In this document: positions 12,403-24,620 of the stretch, piece after piece
How the letters are laid out: each line of letters starts with the position of its first letter
Position numbering within the stretch: the first letter of the stretch is position 1
Assembly: GCA_002269645.1 (NCBI GenBank)
Contig: NIVC01003955.1
Location: 3,788 to 67,787, forward strand
DNA: 64,000 bases
Direction: 5' to 3'
From: Macrostomum lignano
Lineage: Eukaryota
Translations under genes and position numbers: made by a program
The notes under the pieces: model-generated
The model's input: the letters and a program-made list of their open reading frames with translations, nothing else
The model's database searches: none
What the model was told of the DNA's origin: nothing

Positions 12403-13791
12403 TCAGGTGCCCGAATCGCAAGCGGCCGAGGTCGACTCCAGCAGGACGGAGACGAAGCCCTGGTGCCCGGTAGAGGTGCCACCGAACACGCAGCCGCCCC
12501 TGCAGAAGGAGCCGCCGCCTCCGCCGCCTCCACCGAAGCCTCCGTCGCAGACGCTGCCGTCTCCGGCGCTGCCGCCGACCCAGCCGTCGGCCAGACTGCC
12601 GCCTCTCTCTCCGTCCGAGGAGCTCCGCCTGCGCTTGACGGCCCTGCCGAGCCAGCCGGCGCCGCAGCCTCCATGGGTTCTATCGCTTCTGGTGTCAGCG
12701 GGATTGTTGTAGCCCGGCTGACCGTTGCTGCCGCCGAATCCCGTGTATTTAGCGACGTTACCCAGGCTGTCAGAACCGTTTATCCCAGTCTCTCCTGGTT
12801 TACCTACGGTAAAATGAAATTGTTGATTCAAGTGGATTTTTTTTATAATTTACACTACAGCTACTGGGCTCACCATTTTCTAAGCAAGAAGCTCCGCCGC
12901 CTCCGCCGGCAGCCAGCAGCAGCAGCTGGTCACCCGTCCGGTACACGAAGCTGCCGCCGCCTCCGCCGCCTCCTTCGCTATTTCGAGAGGTCGAGCCGCC
13001 CATCTGGCCCACAACGATGCTCAGCTGGGTGCCGGCTGTCAGGTTGACTCTGGCGCTCACCTGGGCTCCCTGGCCTCCGGCTTTGTTCGTCAGTAAGTTG
13101 TCGCCACCTCTGGCGCCGGCAGCTTTGATCAGGTAGCAGCCGGTCGTGTTGATGAGGACGCTTTGGATTGAGCCGTTTCTACCTGTGCTGCTGTCTGCAA
13201 CGGAGCAGCGTCGTGCAGAACTGGAGTGAGTGCAATTTCTGTCTGCCGAAATCTTGGTAAGAACTTACGACTAAGACTATGCATTGATGACTCACTCCAA
13301 AGCTGCACTGCAGGCGAAGGCCAGTCGCTGTCGTCCGCCTTCCACACCTTCGCACCGACCTGAGATCCGATGACTTGCTGCACCTGATTTGCTGAGATTG
13401 ACAGCTTGGCGGTTGTTATGGTGACCATCTCGCACGTGGCATTGCTCTCCACCGAGATGGCAGCGCTGCAGCTCACCCTCTGGCACTTCGCTAGACAGTC
13501 GATATGAGTGGCCTTGGTTGTTGTCGTGACGTTGTTGTAGGCGTTCAGAACGGCTTCCAGCATGTGAAGCTGCTGCTCTGGGCACACAGAATAGGTCCGC
13601 AAACTGGTGCCTTGTACTCGCAGCACGAGAGAGCAGCAAACTGCGTTGGGATAATTTACTTCGTTGTCATTAAAGAACAGAGTGCAAACTAAAGCGTGAA
13701 ACTAATTGGTATTAAAATCATAGTGGCGGCTATAGTTCAGTCACTTACCGAATATATAAGCAAATTTTATCGATAAAAGTTGTTTTGCCAT
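12403..13791 (-). CDS. Secreted PAN/apple + ALK/LTK-like glycine-rich domain protein, copy B, 369 aa (exons 13791-13749, 13640-13296, 13194-12874, 12803-12403)
   Basis: Open frame across four exons (1110 nt); highly similar to copy A; in-frame 96-nt deletion in the Gly-rich exon. Confidence 0.88.
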
Positions 13792-16782
13792 TCTTTTGCA
13801 GCGATACGAAGATTATTTTAGCTTTCAGCTTTTTTCTGGTTTTAATTGAGTGACGATACACTTAAAAAGGCTTCAGTAGTGCGTTTGCAACCTGTTTTAT
13901 GAGCTGCTGTCAGGTGGCAATTTTATTGAGACTGAGACAAATACACGGAAAGAAAGTCTGTGAAAATCGGGCATCGCAGCCAATCCTAGTGTAGGCTTCA
14001 TGGCTCTCGTGCGTTTTATCAGTTGATGAGTCTGGGAGTACTGCTCTGCATGTGTTCTCTTATTTTAGAACTTTCAGGAGTAAAGACATCGCTGCTTCTA
14101 TATGCTTCTATAACTAAATATATAAAAATTATATAAATCTATATATTTAGTCTTAGTCCCCCATCGATTGATGGTAATTGGAATTTCAGCAGTTGCCCTG
14201 CGAACCCTGGCATCTCCCCAATCCAATCCAAATATTGGATGCCTTCACTTTTAAAGACGATTTTTAGTTTTGGTAACAGCCGAAAAATTAGCAGGGGATT
14301 CCGCCTTCAAACGGATTGCTCCGAATTCGTATTGATTGAAATACGCTCATAAGAGATCAGATAATCAGCTTTGTAGAGTTTCTGGTCAACAATTTTGCAT
14401 TTTGTATTTTTTTTATCGCCTGTTCTGCGTCCTCTGTCACCCGTCTTGATTAGTCTCAAGACTTTCTAGAGCAGATCGTAATGCTCGTGGAAGCAGCGGT
14501 GCAGCGGGACACAGTGGTCGTCCTCGGATACTTGAAAGCGGGGGCAACGCTGGTGTTACACTTTAGACTATCCGGGGTTTTTTGTCTGGCCCGGATATCC
14601 GAACGCACTTACAATATCCGCCCGGATACTGCCAAGCAAAAAAACCTGCTTTGTTTTCTCCTTCCCGGATATCTTGAGCTGATTTGCATTGTCCGGGCAC
14701 TTTGAGATGTCTCTCCCGGACATCCTACGGCACCGACTCTGCTATCCGGCCCGGAGATCACAAGAAGGGGAAGTTGTCTTAGGACATCCGATTGTAGGTT
14801 GAAAGAGAGGGGTCAGCCTTCAGGTTTGCTTTAGGACATCCAGATACTGATATCCGGGGCTATAGAAATAGAAACTTTCGAGAAGACTTTTCGCAAAGTA
14901 GAAAATCACTTTTTGCTACTTTTTCCATGGCAAACATCTGCGTCATGCTTATTTAACGGTGCATATTTCAAAAACCATTTCGCGTTTCACTCTCCAAAAG
15001 GAACTAAAATTAAAGCTACTATTGTCAACCAAAAACCAGTTTGTTACTCCATTCACCAATCTAATTCGATAAATCAAAAATTGGCCATCCGCTTAGATGC
15101 TTTCCGTTTTCACAGTTTGGGAAACCAGCCAGCTGATAAGTACGAGCTAATTTTGCCGAGACATTTGTCTCTCTCTTGTACTGTAATGTTCTGGCAGCTC
15201 AACATGCTCGTCGCTAAAAACGTAAAAAAACACTTGTTTTAGCGTTGCTTTGGCCACCGAGTGAATTATTTTTCCAAAACGTAGGACTTAGGCAAGAAAT
15301 TTATTCCAACTATCTGAAAAGAATAGTTGTATTATAATTTTAGCGAACATTCCTTTGCGGCCTATTAGCTCGTACACTGATATTCATGGCATGTACGCTT
15401 GCACGGGTAGATGTACGCTTGCACGGGCATCTTATCTGCCCCTCCCAAGCACTCTGAGTCAGTCCTATTCTCGCTTAATGATGTTCCTTCGGCTTCTGCC
15501 CCACGCATTCACAAGCGCCTGGTCTTGTAAATAATTTGACTAACTTGCCACCCCAATTTTTATTCACCCGGACAATTCAAGACCCATGACATTTCAAAGC
15601 CCGATTTTGTTGCGCCTTGGATTATCCAGGGTAGGTTATCGCAAAGCGACAATAATTTTGCTTTGCGATGTCCCCCGGACAAATTAAGACCCCGGTGAAC
15701 AGAAAGCCTTACGCCGGAGTACATCTGCCTTCCTGGATAGACGCGTCATATGGTGTCAGCTAATACCCGATTCCGCAAGGAAGCCGATTCGGCAGGCAAG
15801 GGAAGAGCTTGAGAGGCTCTGTTGTATTGTAGATTAGTAGTGTAGTGACTTGGCTTGTGTATTGTGGGGTGCTGAGTGGGTTGCTGCGTACACTTTACCA
15901 TCGTGCTCTTTAACTCTCTCCTTCGCTTGTTCTTTTGTGCGTACATGCACGTGACTTGTCTATTTTACAGTCCCCAAATTATTGATCGGTTAAAATACTA
16001 TTTCGACAAATACATATATGAATGATTTTATCATGCTATCGCATAAGCATCTTTCTGCCACGCAAACTAAGTGAAGTTTTTTTCGTATTTCTGCTTTGTC
16101 TGCTCTTGCTTATCTTGTCAGCCTGTCCATAGCCCGTGGTTATTCCCCTACCACGAGATTTTTACTTGAGATTATTTACGGAAGAGCGGGTTTACCAGCA
16201 AGTGTAACTGGAAACAGACGGATATCCAACAACTTTCAGCATCAAATTTCTATTGTTATTGCATTTGATATCAGTCGAATCAAATGAGCTTATTAACGTA
16301 GATTAAACTTTTTATCTTCCTTAGTCTGCCTGAATGCACATGCATCATAAAAAGCTTAACCGACTCTAAACATAGTTTTAGGCTCTACGTTTTTTAACTA
16401 TTTATTATATGCGAGCGGTTGAGTCCTAATGTTTCAGTGGAAAACAAAGCAAAAACTGTAGAAATGAGGAAACAGTGCAGGTAAACAGAGAAAGATATCG
16501 TTAGTTTTTTAGTCCACTTCAAGATGAATAAAAATCAAAACCATTAAAGTAGATATGTCTTCAACATTAGATTACTGTTTTCGTTTGTTTTATGTTTTTG
16601 CAGTTTTTTTTCCTTTTCATTTAACCGAAATTAAAATAGTGAGAAATAGTTGTCTGAAAACAATAGGGAAATATTTCAATATAACGACTGTTAACTGTAA
16701 CTTTACCGCTCATCATCTATGCTTCTAACTTTGCACTTGTAGCACAGAATTAAGTCTTCTTTCAAGAGAATTCAGCAATTAA

Positions 16783-17547
16783 TCAGCGACCGCAGATCTC
16801 CACTTCACACATATTCAAAGGTACGTCTTGCAGGTTAACAATCCTCACTTTGCTGCCGAAAGCCTTGCAGGTGAAGCTGGCCACAGAGAACGGCACCGTC
16901 AGGTTCACCCGGTTGCACTCGACACCGTCAGCAATCAGTGACAGCTTGTTGAGTCGGTACATGCAGCAATCAACTCTGTTGTAGATGGTGACGTGAGAGA
17001 TGAAGGCAGGTCTGGCCAGCTGGCCCTCCCACCAGCCGCTTTTTCCTTCACCAGTGTGGCTACAGAATCCTTTTTTAGCGTCCTGATTTTTTACTCCATC
17101 GATGGCCCTCTCGCACACTGAGCCGTATTCAACCGAGCTCTGCTGGCAGCTGATGAATCGCAGCTTGGCTTTGTCTGCAATGTCCCAGAGTTCCTTTCAG
17201 TTATTTTATTGATTCATACCAAAACTCGGGCGGGTTCGCAGTGAGGACTCACCCGTCAGCATGATGTGCAGGTCGCACTCATCCGAGCTGTGCCAAGTGC
17301 CGTTTTCAAAAGCCCACAGATCGAAGAAGCGGCAGAGGCCCCGCAGCAGGCTGAAGCCGAAGCAGGCGGGTCTCAGGGCGCAGAGCGATGCGCACTCCAG
17401 GCTGACGCTGCCTGGCGCAGAGTCCGTGACTGTCGGAGCCACCGCACTGCGAGTTCTGACCGTCTGGAACAGGCTTTGAGTGGATATCGGCATGAAGAAG
17501 AGGGCTGTACTTAGCAGCAGCCGCAACAGTGAGCGTTTTGAGTTCAT
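16783..17547 (-). CDS. Secreted PAN/apple + F-type (fucolectin) lectin domain protein, 228 aa (exons 17547-17253, 17174-16783)
   Basis: Signal peptide MNSKRSLLRLLLSTALFF; CASLCALRPACFGF..LCRFF PAN pattern; QSS..CERAIDG; intact H-x26-R-x-D-x4-R motif (CSHT..NRVDCCMYRL); C-terminal LNMCEVEI. Confidence 0.9.
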
Positions 17548-19684
17548 TTGAGACTTTTCCGTTGACAAGAATTTGTGAAGGCCATAAAAGAACAAATTGT
17601 CGGATATTTTTCTATTTAAAATGCCATTTGCGTGTGCGCTTTATCGGACGAACTTTTTTATTGGCCAGTTTGGTTTGTGGATCACGTGGTTTGATGGTCC
17701 TATTGGTGATTGTGTAAACGGGCAATTAAGACGAAGTAAAGGTGAGGTGGGAGTCCCGCTGTTGCTATTCAATAGTTAAAGGGTATCATACCGCAAAACG
17801 ATATCTTTAGTATTAATTTTGTTTTCGAGGACACATTCTGTCTGTGGGAATAGCCCCATTGTATTAACTTGCAATTGTACGCATTATAGAGGCACTATAG
17901 AGGCGCGAATTATAGTTCGTGTGATAAGCCATCGAATGAACTGAGATAGTGATCAGCCGACACTTAATTGCCAACTTTCAATTGCCGACTGACTTTTTAC
18001 AGACGTCTTGAGTCGTGGTAACTTTTTTGTGTTCTAAATTGCAGCTACGAAATGGTTAATCTCCTGTTTTGTACTTTAAGCTATGAGACGAGAGGCCCAC
18101 CTCATACGAGCGGTACACAAGAGTGAATCACAATAGTCAAGAATCAGCTACGCGCACTAGAAGTACTCTGTATTCTGTAATAAGGTTTCACAATTGTATT
18201 CGTAAATTTATTCGACTGTAAAAGCAACCAAACCTCTGCCTAGCAAGCGTCGGCTGGATAGCATGGTACCCAATTGCCTCACTAATAAGAGCAAATTACG
18301 AGTATACGTTTTGCTAACAAATATTTCTATACATATTTTAAAACTAATTAGTCTTGACAGTATTAATCTTGACAAGCTGTAGGCTGATTCTATTAAAAAT
18401 ATACGTTGACGACAGGTAACGTTGACTCATATGAGAAATGCAGACACGTTCATAACGAAAAGTCACCTGAGATAAGCAACGACTACAGCTAAACGAGGCT
18501 ATCGATGAAGCAGCAGTTGCTTGGACTGGCTGAATTTTGTCTTCAAACAATGGATTCTATCAATGCTTTGTCAAAGTTTCATTTGCGTCTGCCTTGGCTT
18601 CCGGTAAAGTCTCCAACTTCGTCTCACTTGCAATTTTTTTTCGTAAGCGACCGTATTGATTTTGAGGAAACCAGTTTAACAAAAGGGATTGTGGCTTTGT
18701 AGACTCCGGAAGCTCGCCAGTGAGTTTGCAAGTTTGCTTTCTTGTTATAACTCACTGCCACCAATGCAGTTGACCTGAGAAAAGTTGTTTCCGTCTCTGG
18801 TCCAACTTTTGGAAAAATAGCTCATCCGTCGATTCTTTGCCGAGCATTTTTCATGGGCGTAGCTTTTCCAAAGCTGAGAAATATTTCTTACGATTAACTG
18901 CTTTGTGGGTTGGCTAAGCTTGTTGAGCAAGCACTATGTGTACGAGTAATTCACTTGTAGAATGCAGAATACAGAAGTGAAAATATGTAAAGGCTAGAAG
19001 ATTACAGAATCTAGAAGCACATGCATCACATTAAGTGAATAATGTTTGAATTTGAGTGTTATATATTTTATAAAATTCGTTATGGCAGTATATAAATAAC
19101 ACTAGACTAGCTAATTGCTTAATAACATAAATTTTAGTTATGCTATTAGACATAGACAGCTGCAAGTTCAATATTTACTATTTAGAATTAAAATTCTCAA
19201 TTTTCAAGACAGCCCACTCCAGCAGTTCCATATTGAAACAAAAGTTCGATAAATGCGTGTTTGAATGTGTCAGAAAAATAAGATCACGCTTGTCTAAAAT
19301 CATACAACATAGGCTTCTCTGGAAAGGTAAGAATAATACGAATTTTTATAAATAGTTCTTATTATAAAATGCGTTGGAAACTAACAATGTAGTGACACTC
19401 TTCACCCAGGTTGATCCGATACCTGAGACACTGGCATAGAAAGTTATTCATATGATGAGGGCTACTTCATTCAGCATTCTAAGGGCGCACAGATCCGATC
19501 TGAATGCCTTCAATGCCCAGTGCCGGCGAGTCAATGATTGGCTCAACGAGTTGCATCAACTGATGGAGCGATCGACTGTTTTTACTTCGATAAAGTTTAC
19601 TAACTATCTGGTTTGTCACTGGCGTTTTCAAGTTTAACTGTTAAACCTAATTTTTAGCCCGCGACCCTTAGTTCAACCCTCCCA

Positions 19685-19965
19685 GATCCTTATTTGCTGG
19701 GCCACCAGCCTCCCATATCCTCAATCGCTGGGTCAGCCTCCCAGATCCTCAGTTGCTAAACCAGCAGCCTCCCAGATCCTCAGTTGCTGGGTCACCAGCC
19801 TCCCAGATTTGTCAGTTGCCGGGTCAGCCTCCCAGATTCAGAGTTGTTGGGTCACCAGCCTCCCAGAGTGTCTGTTGCTGGGCCAGCCTCCCAGATCCTC
19901 AATTGCTAAACCAACAGCCTCCGAGATCCTCAGTTGTTGGGCCAGCAGGCTCCCAGATCCTCAGA
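19685..19965. repeat. Degenerate ~30-bp tandem repeat (cagcctcccagatcctcagttgctgg..)
   Basis: About 9 imperfect copies. Confidence 0.9.
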
Positions 19966-21149
19966 CTGTACTTCCATTCTCCCCAGATTTCGCACCTTCC
20001 AATCCTCTCTGCAGGAAGCTGAGCGCTTGCTTTTCCATCATCTGCCGGAGCTCAGAGCAGCCTGTCGGGAAGCCCGCCGACTTTGCCAGCTGGAGCCCCA
20101 GCTGAGTCCGCTGCTCGCAAAATCTGTGAACAAGCTGCAAACTGTCTGGATGGCTGTTGAAGATCGTCTAGCTGAGTTCAAGCCTCAACGGAATCTACTA
20201 ACTGGTAAGATCTCTGACAGGGGCAGAGCACTTTTTTAGCTCAACGGAAGCCGCATCCGACTCTCGCGCCACTGTGCAAAGACACTTGACAGGGGCTGGC
20301 CGTGCGATTCAAACCTATGAAGGTCATCCTGTCAAGACACAGAGTTTGTACATGACTGACTATGCCTTTACTTGCAGCAGTGCCCTAAATCCCCGAAAAC
20401 GTAAATATAGACCAATGGCGAGAAGGTTTGCATTTAATATTCAAGTCGATAATTTCAGCGGTATCTGGTGACTTAAAGCACCTGCCGATGACGTGTCATA
20501 GTGAGTGTATTTTAATCAAGATCGTTCTGAAACTACGTCACTTTCAAATATAAAAATTACTAAAGTATATTTAATTATCTTCAAGAGGATGTCCACTTGA
20601 CAGCGGATTCCAAGAAGCCGAGGCATGTTTGCTGCATGCAAAGAATTGAACAGCTAGACTTTGACGTTCAGGTATGCTCAAACTGATGACTTTTTCAGTG
20701 ACATTTTTGTGAAAAGTAATGGAATGCATTCGTTTTTCTTCATATTTGCTTGTTGACAGAAAAAGGACAGAAAAATTCAAGAGCTGCTCAATGTGACTTC
20801 AGCAGTGAGCGCAGTGCTTGACTTGGTGTGTGTTTCAGGCGATCAAGCAGTCGAACGGTTCAATCAAGAGGCTAGCAATGAATGCCATCTCACTATGTCA
20901 TCATCTTCAGTGGCTCGAACTGTCGGTTTCAGCTCTGTTTGGGTGGGCAAATATTTGTTTTAATTGACTTGATCAACTCAACGTTATTAATCACGATCGG
21001 TGCAAAAGTTAAAACGTTGTAAAAGCTCTTGATTTTCAGGTAGAACTGTACATTAACAAATTAATTATTCTAGCTAGCAATACTTTTCCTTATACAGTGT
21101 ATATACAGCTTTATTATATTGTCCACTATAACAGGTAGCAGATATGTCC

Positions 21150-21481
21150 ATTTAACAGGCAGCTCTAGTGTCCATTAACAGGTAGCTCTAGTGCACATTA
21201 ACAGGTAGCTCTAGTGCACATTAATAGGTAGCTCTAGTGCACATTAACAGGTAGCTCTAGTGCACATTAACAGGTAGCTCTAGTGCACATTAACAGGTAG
21301 CTCTAGTGCACATTAACAGGTAGCTCTAGTGCACATTAACAGGTAGCTCTAGTGCACATTAACAGGTAGCTCTAGTGTCCATTAACAAGCAGCTCTAGTT
21401 TCCATTAACAGGCAGCTCTAGTGCCCATTAACAGGTAGCTCTAGAGCACATTAACAGGTAGCTTTAGTGTCCATTAGCAGG
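21150..21481. repeat. 23-bp minisatellite (ttaacaggtagctctagtgcaca), ~14 copies
   Basis: Direct tandem array. Confidence 0.97.
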
Positions 21482-24400
21482 TGGCTACGGTGTACAATAG
21501 CATGTTATAAATATTTCACGAGTAATAATAGGTAATAATAGTAGTAATAATAGGTAATAGGTAAAAATACCGGTAAAGTAAAAGAATGTTCCATAATTAT
21601 TCTACTATTTCTTAAGCAACAGCAGCAGCAGCAAGTGCAAGTGTCATCAACAACAACCACAACAAGCAGTTCATATTCGCGAGGTGAATATCTGCAGTTG
21701 TACTCGGGCGGCCTCACCACCACCTCCACGCCAACCCCCGATGCCGGCACTACAGAAAGCACCACGTATGGCGAGAGGTCTTTCTGCGACCAGGGCGACC
21801 GAGCCACCAGTAGCGAGTCCAGTGAGATTCTCATGCAGACCGGTGAGATTCTGTTTCAGTGTAATCGATAGACTTCTATTTTTGGCACTAGCTGTGCACA
21901 TAAATTATTGACTGCTTTTACTATTGATTAAATTGTAGTGACTTTATCCTAAATTATTGATAATTACATATACAAGCTGGTTACTTCCTAATTACTGAAT
22001 ACTATGTAAAGTAATTGCTAAAAGTACCTTTGTGCCGAAGTCTTCTCCCTGGCCCAAAGACGAATCCTGTCCTTAGGCAACTGAAGTACGTTTATGAATT
22101 CACTTAGCAAACACCTACAAGTTAATAATGCGGCAACGAATAATAGTACAGATGGCTCACCGGATTTTTCTCGAGCAAATGAATAAGCATGCATAAAAAT
22201 ACTCAAAAGTAACCCTGGAGTCTCAAAGCATCACCCTCATCTCCTGAAACATTACCGTAACCTCATTAAACACCCCCTATACTAATCAAGTATTATTTGT
22301 ATGAAATTAATTCTAAATTTTTTAAGGATTTAGCAACAATCTTACCGAAATGAAATATGAATTCCTAGATTTCGAATTTGTTTAGTATTTGACGCATCAA
22401 CTGTCATTTGCAATGCTTCACTAAGGTCACAACTCGGGTCTGCTCAGAGGTCATCGACATCGTCAAGTAAATAGTCATCAACCTCGTTCTTTCGTGGCCG
22501 CCTCTCTAAACACTGAAAGTTCAAATTCGTCCAGATTTAATAGCAGCAGAACAGTGAGGACTGAGAGCTGCTCGAGTATCAACAGGTGAGTTAAAGAACC
22601 ATATGCTTATCGACAGGTTCGCAGAACTTTGCTCTGCAGAAATTTATCAACCATTTATTAACCCTTCCAATGTCCTCCTAGACTTCTCAAACATCCCCCA
22701 AAACTTTTCAAAATACTCCTCAAAATCAGTCTAAAAACCTCAAACATCACCTCGTAGATTTCCTAAACATCATCCTAAACTGCTAACCGATGCATTTCGC
22801 TTTATAGCTCGACGTCAATCCTGTCAGAAGTAAGAAACAGAATCGCTGATCTCACAGACTCAACCAAGCGTTTGCATTCTGCCGAACTCCTGAAAGCACA
22901 CAGAGCGGCTACTTCCACTGAATCTACCGAAGAGCAGATGAGGCAATTGACGGAAGCTGATAAGGAACTGCAGGGTTTGCTGGCTGAGTTGGCAAGTCTG
23001 CGAAGCGCCTTGACTGCCAGCGGTGAATCTGCAACGAATGAATTTAAGAGCGAGGTTGTACTCCGAAAAGCCCACATTGAAAGTCTGACACTCTTGAGCA
23101 ATTGGATGGCATCGATAAAAAACAGGTGAGCTGGAGGGCGTTGGTCAAGATGATTGAGATAGATATGTTGGCATCATTTGAAGAGAGAAGGTAAAAAACT
23201 CGGAGACACACAGAAGGGTCACTTCTCGAGCCTGCAATATCGTAAGCTGGAAAATTTTATTAAGCCGGGTTTAATATATTTAGACACTGAAAATTTATTA
23301 ATTGAGCAATTTTGAGCTTGTGCAAGAGGTAAGGGAAAATCAGAGGAAGGTATTGTAAGTATTGTAAAATTCTTCGGCTGGATAAATTTTATGTATAAAA
23401 TAACCATTGCAGAATCAATCTTCGCACTAGCGAGCTATGCCGAGCTTGACTGTTGACTGCGCATAAAATTTACTTTCGGAAGTGAAGTTGCCGTCCAATG
23501 CGAGTTTTTTTATGTTTTCGGATGTTGCATTTTTGTCTGAAAGGAACGAATAAACAAAGGCACGCATTTTTTGCCGTTTTTGTTTAAGCTATTGAGAGCT
23601 CGCGGCACATTTGACGCAAGTCGGGTGCCAAACATTTTTGTGATGTTTAAAAATGTTTTGTGCTGTCCTATTAGTCTTACTCATTTTCTTTTTAACAGTG
23701 AATCGAGTCTTCGAGATTCGGAATACTGAATACTTTAATTAACCGGAAAAAGTAAGCAATGAATTGAGGAAATCACCAATGATTATTATTTAGGCGATTC
23801 TGTTTGCCAATCAATTACACCCTTAATCACTTATACACGACCATTCGATAACGGCAACTCTCTGGTGCGAAATGCGATTTTTTCGTTTCGCTGTATGTCG
23901 GTGATTCAGAAATTAAGCAGAATGTTTTTATACTCGTAAGCAACTACTTTAGTTGAATTTGACGCTATCCTAATCTTAGATTGTTTTAATATGCATGTTA
24001 TCTGAATAAAAAATTGTACACTCAAATTAAATGCTCTAGCTACCAGAATATCTATTCGCTAATTGATCTTACAAGTGATAATAAAATGTCACCTACTTAA
24101 TTACATGTAAGACAAAATCGATAAATGCGAAAGGCCGTACTCGTAGATACAGTGTATCGCTTAAACAATAGCTGATACTAGCGGCTTTATTACCTGCACT
24201 CTACAATAGTGCTCAAACAATTCGATTGACTGTCAAAAATATAAGATCTCATCGCAATTTTTTCGGAAAATCCTCTGTAAGAATGCCTACGACTTCAATA
24301 TAAACACAAAAATGCGTAAAAACGCGCCCAAGCTACATGTATAAATTACGCTAAAAAAATAATCGCAAATTTAAATAGCGCAACTACATATGTATAGCAA

Positions 24401-24620
24401 CGGAAAATTTGATTAATTTCCAAGGTAACATTTCCGCAGCAGAAATTACCTTTTATTGATGCTGGTTATTTCAGTGACACTGAATACTCTTATAATTCTA
24501 AAAACTAGCGCTTTTTCGCCTTTTGGGTATTTAAGAAAGCAAAAAGCATAATCTATAGCGAATAAATTTTCAATTTCATTTTATAACAAAACTTTTTAAC
24601 ACGTGTCTTTTTCAATTATA

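Larger units (their letters stand above)
19410..23125 (+). pseudogene. Spectrin-repeat/coiled-coil exon fragments (~19410-19590, 19987-20204, 22828-23125)
   Basis: LNAFNAQCRRVNDWLNELHQLM and LQEAERLL..SVNKLQTVWMAVEDRL fit spectrin helices; flanking splice sites; in-frame TAG near 19440; no complete model could be built. Confidence 0.45.

Noticed and set aside
14510-14870. ccggata-rich segment (also the gacgtc-rich 48420-48570 segment) as a defined MITE
   Set aside because: Repeated subterminal-like motifs, but no convincing TIR pair or TSD could be fixed
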